NCBI GenBank assembly: GCA_039589315.1
Contig: JBDHHQ010000014.1
Coordinates: forward strand, 24,125 to 88,124
Reading direction: 5' to 3'
DNA: 64,000 nt
From: Gemmatimonadota bacterium
GTDB lineage: Bacteria; Gemmatimonadota; Gemmatimonadetes; Longimicrobiales; Gaopeijiaceae
Made by a program: the position numbers and the translations under genes. The notes beneath the pieces were generated by a model, which did not search any database, was not told where the DNA came from, and saw only the letters and a program-made list of their open reading frames with translations. Of the stretch, positions 57,583 through 64,000 are shown piece after piece. Positions within the stretch are counted from its first letter, which is position 1; each line of letters begins with the position of its first letter.

Positions 57583-58292
57583 TCGTGATCCCGGCCATCG
57601 ACCTGAGGGGAGGGCGGTGCGTCCAGCTGCGCGGCGGAAGGCCGGACGACGAGCAGGTCTCGCTGCCCGACCCGATCGCCGTGGCCGAGCGTTGGTGGGA
57701 GTCAGGGTTCGCCCACCTCCACATCGTCGACCTGGACGCGGCCCTGGGCGAAGGCGACAACCGGGAGCTCATAACGGAGATCACGGCAGCCACTCCCGCC
57801 GAAACGCAGATCGGTGGCGGCGTCCGGAGCAACGACGCCGTCGACGCCCTGCTCGAGGCCGGAGCGGACCGGATCATCGTGGGCACCCGGGCCGTCGACG
57901 ACCCAACCTGGCTGAGCGCCCTCAGCCGCGCCCACCCGGACACCGTGGTGCTGGCCGCCGACGTTCGTGACGGCAAGGTGCTGCAGAAGGGCTGGACCGA
58001 AGCCTCCGAGCTCACGGCGGACGAGCTGTTCGCGAGAACGCTCGACTTGCCGCTGGCCGGCGTGCTCTGCACGGACGTGGCCCGGGAGGGCCGCCTGGAG
58101 GGGATCGCACCTTGGACCGTCCGACCCCTCATCAAGAGGAGCCCCCACCCGATATCGGTGGCCGGGGGGATCACGACCCTCGACGAAATCCGAACGCTCC
58201 AGAACTGGGGCGCGGCTGGCGCCGTCCTGGGCATGGCCCTCTACACGGAGACGCTCGACCCGCCGACCGTCGCGCGGAAGTGGGGATCATGA
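57579..58292 (+). CDS. hisA: Phosphoribosylformimino-5-aminoimidazole carboxamide ribotide isomerase
   Basis: VIPAIDL.GG.CV.L, LHIVDLDAA, QIGGGVR, TDVAREG, AGGI. Confidence 0.95.
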   Translation: MIVIPAIDLRGGRCVQLRGGRPDDEQVSLPDPIAVAERWWESGFAHLHIVDLDAALGEGDNRELITEITAATPAETQIGGGVRSNDAVDALLEAGADRIIVGTRAVDDPTWLSALSRAHPDTVVLAADVRDGKVLQKGWTEASELTADELFARTLDLPLAGVLCTDVAREGRLEGIAPWTVRPLIKRSPHPISVAGGITTLDEIRTLQNWGAAGAVLGMALYTETLDPPTVARKWGS

Positions 58293-58393
58293 GCACCGTC
58301 CTGGGAATGAGGCGCACGGGCACTGTCATCCCGGAGCGGCAAGCCGAGATGGTGGGCACGCACAGGACCGAGAACGGGGACGTCGAATCATGA
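58289..58393 (+). other. 34-codon linker mini-ORF between hisA and hisB
   Basis: ATGA overlaps at both ends; 15-bp direct repeat ATCATGAGCACCGTC at 58286 and 58387. Confidence 0.45.
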
Positions 58394-58965
58394 GCACCGT
58401 CGAGAGAAGGACCCGCGAGACCGAGATCGTCCTCACCGTGACCAGTGGAAACGGCACCTGTGACGCTCATACGACCGATCCCTTCCTGGATCACATGCTC
58501 ACCACGTTGGCTCGCTACGGCGACCTGGACCTGGCGGTGCAGGCCACGGGGGACCTGCGCCATCACCTGATCGAGGACGTGGGGATCGCGCTGGGCGCCG
58601 CCCTCGTCGACGAAGTCCCCACCACTGCGACCCGGTACGGCTCGGCGATCGTGCCCATGGACGAGGCGCTGGTGCAGGCCGCGGTGGACGTGGGCGGACG
58701 CCCGTTCTACGAGGGCACCATCCCTTCGCCGCTGTATGAGCACTTCCTCCAGAGCGTGGCCTTCAACCTGAAGGCCACGCTCCACGTCGTGGTCATCCGA
58801 GGCACGGACCGCCACCACGTGGTCGAGGCCGCCATCAAGGCTGTGGGGCTGTGTCTGCGACAGGCGCTGGCGCCGGGCGACTCGGTGTTCAGCACCAAAG
58901 GCGCCGTGGAGCTCGAGCGGCTCCGGGACGAAGCCGTGCTGGACGAGACGGAAGAGCTGGGATGA
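58390..58965 (+). CDS. hisB: Imidazoleglycerol-phosphate dehydratase (monofunctional)
   Basis: [36 protein letters not shown]. Confidence 0.95.
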   Translation: MSTVERRTRETEIVLTVTSGNGTCDAHTTDPFLDHMLTTLARYGDLDLAVQATGDLRHHLIEDVGIALGAALVDEVPTTATRYGSAIVPMDEALVQAAVDVGGRPFYEGTIPSPLYEHFLQSVAFNLKATLHVVVIRGTDRHHVVEAAIKAVGLCLRQALAPGDSVFSTKGAVELERLRDEAVLDETEELG

Positions 58966-59081
58966 GCGGGCGGAGCGCGCTGTCGCAGAGCCGATCGAGC
59001 CGGCCAGCCTCGGGGAGGTCTGCGCCGTCCGGGGTGTCGGGGCCGCCCGGCGCCGGCCGGCTCAGGTACGCATCATGCTGA
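58962..59081 (+). other. 39-codon linker mini-ORF between hisB and hisF
   Basis: ATGA overlap with the hisB stop; its stop overlaps the hisF start (ATGCTGA). Confidence 0.4.
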
Positions 59082-59827
59082 GGCCCCGGCTGATCGTGTG
59101 CCTCGACGTCGACCACGGCCGGGTGGTCAAGGGCACCGCCTTCAAGGAGCTCCGGGACGTGGGCGACCCGGTGGAGCTCGCGACCCGCTACGAGTCCCAG
59201 GGGGCCGACGAGATCGTGTTTCTCGACGTCTCGGCGTCCCACGAGGGCCGGCGCACGCTCCTCGACACGGTCCGGCGCACGGCAGAGGCGCTGTTCATCC
59301 CTCTCACGGTAGGTGGGGGGATCGGCTCCGTCGCCGACATCGGCTCGCTGCTGCGGGCGGGCGCGGACAAGATCAGCATGAACACCGCCGCCGTGCGGGA
59401 CCCCGAGCTGATCACCCGGGGAGCCGAGCGCTTCGGCAGTCAGTGCGTCGTCGCGAGCATCGATGCCGCCAAGGAGGGGCGGGGGTGGAGGGTCTACACT
59501 CACGGAGGGCGCACGCCGACCGATCTGGAGGGGATCGCCTGGGCCACCGAATGTGCGGAGCGGGGCGCTGGCGAGATCCTGCTCACCAGCATTGACCAGG
59601 ACGGCGCCCGGAGCGGGTACGACCTCGAGCTCACGGCTGGAGTCTCCACCGCGGTGCACGTCCCCGTGATCGCCTCCGGAGGTGCGGGGGAGTCCAGCCA
59701 CGTGCGAGACGCCCTGGTGCAGGGTGGGGCCGCCGCCGCCCTGGTTGCGGGCATCCTCCACGAGGGGCTCGTCACGGTGACCGACATCAAAGCCGACCTG
59801 ACCCGTTGGGGGGTGAACGTCCGATGA
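59075..59827 (+). CDS. hisF: Imidazole glycerol phosphate synthase, cyclase subunit
   Basis: [46 protein letters not shown]. Confidence 0.96.
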   Translation: MLRPRLIVCLDVDHGRVVKGTAFKELRDVGDPVELATRYESQGADEIVFLDVSASHEGRRTLLDTVRRTAEALFIPLTVGGGIGSVADIGSLLRAGADKISMNTAAVRDPELITRGAERFGSQCVVASIDAAKEGRGWRVYTHGGRTPTDLEGIAWATECAERGAGEILLTSIDQDGARSGYDLELTAGVSTAVHVPVIASGGAGESSHVRDALVQGGAAAALVAGILHEGLVTVTDIKADLTRWGVNVR

Positions 59828-60546
59828 CAGACCGCACGCTCCGGACCCCGGACGACCTGGATGGGCTATCCTACGACGCCCGAGGCCTGGTACCGGTCGT
59901 GACTCAGCACGCGGAGACGGGCCACGTGCTCATGGTGGCGTGGGCCAACCGGGAGGCGCTCGAGCGGACGCTTTCGACCGGTCAGATGCACCTCTGGTCC
60001 CGCTCGAGGGACGAGCTCTGGCGAAAGGGCGCGACCTCGGGAAACACCCAGACCGTGCGCTCGCTTCATGCGGACTGCGACGCGGACACGGTGCTCGCGC
60101 TGGTCCAGCCCGCCGGACCCGCGTGCCACACGGGGGAGACCACCTGCTTCGGCGACGGCGCCTCGGCGGCCGCACCCGTCTCCTCGTCCGGCGCCCCAGC
60201 GGCCGCGGCTCCCGTGCCTACCGAGTCCCAGCCTGATGCTGGCACCCGCAGTAGCGACACCCTCGAGGTCCTTTGGGACACCCTCGTGTCGCGAGCCACC
60301 GATGCCCCGGCCGGCAGCTACACCGCCCGCCTGCTGGCCGACGAGAACCTCCGACTGAAGAAGCTGGGCGAGGAGAACGCGGAGCTGATCCACGCGCTGG
60401 CCCGGGGAGACGGCGTCCGCGTCCGAGAGGAGGCCGCGGATCTGATCTACCACCTCCTCGCAGCCCTCATACCTGCGGGTGTGACGCTGCCCCAGGTCCT
60501 GGCCGAGCTGGAGTCTCGCAGGAACCGCCCCCGAACGGACGGGTAA
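59824..60546 (+). CDS. hisIE: Bifunctional phosphoribosyl-AMP cyclohydrolase/phosphoribosyl-ATP pyrophosphatase
   Basis: [43 protein letters not shown]; Ala/Pro linker between the domains. Confidence 0.95.
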   Translation: MTDRTLRTPDDLDGLSYDARGLVPVVTQHAETGHVLMVAWANREALERTLSTGQMHLWSRSRDELWRKGATSGNTQTVRSLHADCDADTVLALVQPAGPACHTGETTCFGDGASAAAPVSSSGAPAAAAPVPTESQPDAGTRSSDTLEVLWDTLVSRATDAPAGSYTARLLADENLRLKKLGEENAELIHALARGDGVRVREEAADLIYHLLAALIPAGVTLPQVLAELESRRNRPRTDG

Positions 60547-60555
60547 CTCGGCGCC

Positions 60556-62364
60556 ATGGCCCAGGCACCCCACGCGATGCACGAGGAAGAGGCCCTCGGC
60601 AAGGCGTACGACGCCCGCCTCATGCGGCGCCTTCTCACCTACCTGCGACCCTACAAGGGCACGGTGGCCCTGGCCCTGCTGCTGCTCTTGATCGGGTCGG
60701 CACTGGTCATCGTGGGCCCGTGGCTCACCCAGCTCGCCATCGACGAGGCGATTCCCAACGGCGACCGGGACCTGCTGAACACGCTGGCCCTCGCCTTTCT
60801 TGGCACCGTGCTGGCCGGCTTCGCCCTGCAGTACGGGCAGCGCCTGCTCACCACCTGGCTGGGTCAGCGCATCATGTACGATCTGCGCACCCAGCTCTTC
60901 GGCCATCTACAGCGGCTGGATCTCCGCTTCTACGACCGGAATCCCACGGGTCGCCTGATCACCCGGATCACCAGCGACGTCGAGACGCTCAACGAGCTGT
61001 TCAGCTCCGGGATCGTCACCGTTTTCGGCGACATCTTCGCGCTGATCTTCATCGTGGCTGCCATGCTCCGCATGGACTGGGAGCTGGCGCTGGTCACCTT
61101 CAGCGTGCTGCCTTTCGTCTTCGTGACGGCGTTCTTCTTCCGGACCCGGATCCGCCAGGCCTATCGGGACATCCGGGTCCGGCTGGCCCGGATCAACACG
61201 TTCCTGCACGAGCGGATCACGGGCATGCGCGTGGTCCAGCTGTTCAACCGGGAGAAGGCCGACCTCGACACGTTCAGGGACGTCAACGATGACTACCTGC
61301 AGGCCCATCTGCGGTCCATCACCTACTACGCGCTGTTCTTCCCCGCCATAGAGCTGTTCACGTCCATCGCCCTGGCGCTCATCATCTGGTACGGCGGCGG
61401 CTCCATCCTGCAGGGCGCGGTCACGGTAGGCGTCGTAGCCGCGTTCATCCAGTACGCCCGCCGGTTCTTCCGCCCCATCCAGGATCTCTCGGAGAAGTAC
61501 AACCTGCTGCAGGGTGCCATGGCCTCGTCCGAGCGCATCTTCAAGCTGCTGGACCGGGAGCCGGAGATTCAGGACCCCTCGCGGGCGCTGAGCCTGCCCG
61601 ACGACGTGCGAGGCGAGATCGAGTTCAAGAACGTCTGGTTCGCGTACGGCGCCAACGAGGACGGGTCGCCGAACTGGGTGCTCGAAGACGTGAGCTTCCG
61701 CGTCGCGCCGGGCGACAAGGTCGCCATCGTGGGGCACACGGGTGCCGGGAAGACGACTGTCATCAACTTGCTCATGCGCTTCTACGAGCCTCAGAAGGGC
61801 GAGATACTCCTGGACGGCGTGCGCATCGACGATCTGCGCCTCGACGACCTGCGGGGGCGCATCGGCCTCGTCCTCCAGGACGTATTCCTCTTCAGTCAGG
61901 ACGTGACCTACAACATCCGTCTCGGGGACGACGACATCGACGACGAGAGGGTCCGGGCGGCCGCGGCGCGCGTGGGTGCGGACCGCTTCATCGAGCGGCT
62001 AGCGGAGGGATACTCCCAGCCGCTCGGAGAGCGCGGCTCGTCCCTCTCGGTCGGGGAGCGCCAGCTCGTCTCGTTCGCCCGGGCCCTGGCCTTCGATCCT
62101 CCGATCCTGGTTCTGGACGAAGCGACGTCGTCCGTCGACTCGGAGATCGAGGCCCAGATCGAGGCGGCCACGGACGAGCTCATGAAAGGGCGCACGTCCC
62201 TGGTGATCGCCCATCGACTCTCCACGGTCCAGGGCGCGGACCGGATTCTCGTGTTCCACCACGGGAAGCTGGTCGAGGAGGGGACCCACGGGGAGCTGCT
62301 CGAGCACGCCGGCCTCTACGCGCGGCTGTACGAGCTCCAGTTCGTGGGTCGGCCGGCGGCGTAG
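60556..62364 (+). CDS. ABC exporter, fused permease/ATPase (MsbA/MdlB-like)
   Basis: TM domain; GHTGAGKTT, LSVGERQ, VLDEATS, IAHRLST. Confidence 0.94.
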   Translation: MAQAPHAMHEEEALGKAYDARLMRRLLTYLRPYKGTVALALLLLLIGSALVIVGPWLTQLAIDEAIPNGDRDLLNTLALAFLGTVLAGFALQYGQRLLTTWLGQRIMYDLRTQLFGHLQRLDLRFYDRNPTGRLITRITSDVETLNELFSSGIVTVFGDIFALIFIVAAMLRMDWELALVTFSVLPFVFVTAFFFRTRIRQAYRDIRVRLARINTFLHERITGMRVVQLFNREKADLDTFRDVNDDYLQAHLRSITYYALFFPAIELFTSIALALIIWYGGGSILQGAVTVGVVAAFIQYARRFFRPIQDLSEKYNLLQGAMASSERIFKLLDREPEIQDPSRALSLPDDVRGEIEFKNVWFAYGANEDGSPNWVLEDVSFRVAPGDKVAIVGHTGAGKTTVINLLMRFYEPQKGEILLDGVRIDDLRLDDLRGRIGLVLQDVFLFSQDVTYNIRLGDDDIDDERVRAAAARVGADRFIERLAEGYSQPLGERGSSLSVGERQLVSFARALAFDPPILVLDEATSSVDSEIEAQIEAATDELMKGRTSLVIAHRLSTVQGADRILVFHHGKLVEEGTHGELLEHAGLYARLYELQFVGRPAA

Positions 62365-62387
62365 AGAAGGGACCAGCGGGCGAGGTC

Positions 62388-63986
62388 CTACCGCGATCCC
62401 CCGGGCACAGTGTCCGCAGCGGCGTCGGCAGGAGCTTCCGGCGTCTCCTCGTCTGCCCCATCCGCCGGCTGCGCCTCCCGGGCACGCGCAGCCTCGGCCG
62501 CGGCTTCCGCTTCCGCAGCCGCTTTGGCAGCCGCCTCGGCCTCACGCAGATCCTGGAGGTACTGCCGGGCCGCCGCGGCAACGACCATGGTGTCGGCCAC
62601 CGGAATCAGCGGCTCCTGCCCCTCGGCCCAGCCCTGGGCGGGTGCGATCGCGGCGCTGGTGTACCGGCTCCCGGGATTCCAGAGGATCCACTCCTGGACG
62701 CCGGCGTCGTAGGTGGCCTGGATCTGAGCACGCACGTGACCGGCTTCATAGCGAGGCTTGCCCAGGGTGAAGTCCTGTAGCCACGGTCGCACGATTCCGG
62801 CGCCCTCGACGGCGGCCGTCCGATTCTGCGCCCGAATCAACGCCTCGTACACGATCTCGTACGGATAGGCGTTGGGCCGATCGAAGCCGAAGCTGCCCTT
62901 CCAGTAGTGGGACGGGTACACCATGGGCAGGGCGACGTCGACCATGTCGATGAACTGCTCCCACACCTGTCCGATGCCCACGTCGCCTGACGCGGACGTC
63001 GTGACGCCGAACACATCGGCCGTGACCGGAACGTTGAGGTCGGCCAACTCGGCTCGGCTGTAGGCCAGAAAGGCCCGGATGGCCTCCGCTCGGGTGCGGC
63101 CCTCGGCGCCGGGGTAGGTCGTTCGCTCGATCTCCGACTTGGGCGCGTCGGGGAAGCGCACGTAGTCCCACTGGATCTCGGGGAAGCCGGCCTCGGCGGC
63201 CTCTCGTGCCAGCGCGATGTGGTAGTCCCAGACCTTCACACTGTACGGGTTCAGCCAGACCTGCCCCTTCCCGTCTACCCACGGCCCGCCGGCGGTATCC
63301 TGGACCGCGAGGTCCGGGAAAGCGTCCGACAGCCTGGGGTCCTTCATGATCACGATGCGGGCGATGGGGTAGACCCCACCCTCCTTCAGCCGCCAGAGCA
63401 GGCTGTGGAGGTTGCCGATCCTCCGATCCTCGTCGGCCCCGATCTCCGCCACAAGCGGTACGCTCGACGGGTGACTCACGAACCCGGTGGCGTCCTTCAG
63501 GTCGATGACGAATGCGTTGACCTCGGTCCCCTCCACCATGGCCAACAGATTGCGGACTTTGCGGCGAGAGCCGGAAGCCCAGGCGTTCAGGTAGATCCCC
63601 CGCACGTGCTCGGGACGCTCGAACTCGGGCACCTCTTCGGGAAACTCAGGCTCGGGCGGAAGCGCCGGCTGAGACGGCGGGACCGATGCCGTGCCGGCTT
63701 CAGGCGACGGGTCAGCCGCTCCCTCCGTCTCTGGTGGGGCGGTCTCCTCGGTCAGGCCGGATTCAGCCGCATGGTTGGCGTCACCGTCGTCCGGCGTTGC
63801 GGCATCCGCTGCCGAGGCGTCAGCAGGGGCGGCTGCGGCCGCGGAGGCTTCCTCGGCGGGCCGCTGGTCGGGCGGAGACCCGGAGCGGCCGTCGCCGGTG
63901 CAGCCCGCCAAGCCGACCAGCATCGGGAGCAGGCCCAGTGCCGTCGGACGTCCCAGGCTGGAGACCACGCCTTGCAACAACCGCAT
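62388..63986 (-). CDS. DUF4015-family putative glycoside hydrolase lipoprotein
   Basis: Lipobox LAGC; acidic/Pro linker; RGIYL, VIDLKD..G, IARIV..KD, EIQWDYVRFP, PMVYPSH, RPWLQDF, WILWNP. Confidence 0.88.
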   Translation of the reverse strand: MRLLQGVVSSLGRPTALGLLPMLVGLAGCTGDGRSGSPPDQRPAEEASAAAAAPADASAADAATPDDGDANHAAESGLTEETAPPETEGAADPSPEAGTASVPPSQPALPPEPEFPEEVPEFERPEHVRGIYLNAWASGSRRKVRNLLAMVEGTEVNAFVIDLKDATGFVSHPSSVPLVAEIGADEDRRIGNLHSLLWRLKEGGVYPIARIVIMKDPRLSDAFPDLAVQDTAGGPWVDGKGQVWLNPYSVKVWDYHIALAREAAEAGFPEIQWDYVRFPDAPKSEIERTTYPGAEGRTRAEAIRAFLAYSRAELADLNVPVTADVFGVTTSASGDVGIGQVWEQFIDMVDVALPMVYPSHYWKGSFGFDRPNAYPYEIVYEALIRAQNRTAAVEGAGIVRPWLQDFTLGKPRYEAGHVRAQIQATYDAGVQEWILWNPGSRYTSAAIAPAQGWAEGQEPLIPVADTMVVAAAARQYLQDLREAEAAAKAAAEAEAAAEAARAREAQPADGADEETPEAPADAAADTVPGGSR

Positions 63987-64000
63987 CAATACGCCCTCAT

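Noticed and set aside
1..64000. Numerous long overlapping or antisense ORFs in the track (e.g. 1856-3490, 24578-26905, 45402-47267, 37506-38768)
   Set aside because: Shadow frames of high-GC genes: Arg/Pro/Gly-rich or mirror-codon composition, no motifs, and they overlap well-supported CDSs
1..64000. CRISPR arrays, tRNA/rRNA, IS elements, integrases, prophage
   Set aside because: No regularly spaced repeats, cloverleafs or mobile-element motifs seen by eye; short elements could have been missed

Overview
A very GC-rich (roughly 70%, by eye) bacterial chromosome segment. Gene content and style suggest Gemmatimonadota, but that is an inference. Most of it is housekeeping and envelope genes: pcm, an SDR, an MFS transporter, an M1 aminopeptidase, accA-ricT-metG, an M23 peptidase, fadJ with mocA/xdhC-like genes, a gyrA-dehydratase-HAD-DsbA-VKOR run, uvrA, a his operon (hisG-D-C-H-A-B-F-IE), an ABC exporter and a DUF4015 lipoprotein. 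I found no rRNA, tRNA, CRISPR array, integrase or transposase. Signals not shown by the ORF track: (1) a complete histidine attenuator with an apparently leaderless His-rich leader peptide; (2) three 34-39 codon mini-ORFs bridging successive his genes by start/stop overlaps at both ends; (3) a ~1,030-aa exported phospholipase-D/cardiolipin-synthase-like protein leading a lipoprotein + beta-barrel + DUF502 + AsmA-like cluster, a candidate envelope lipid-handling system; (4) a GT2 that looks collinear with the eukaryotic queuosine-tRNA galactosyltransferase QTGAL/B3GNTL1; (5) two exported M16 pairs in which all four subunits lack HxxEH; (6) a DUF3604/efflux block flanked by a vapC remnant and by an intact sigma54 promoter with two palindromic enhancer-like sites driving a truncated Fis-like HTH gene. 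All family calls come from motif recognition by eye, not from database searches.
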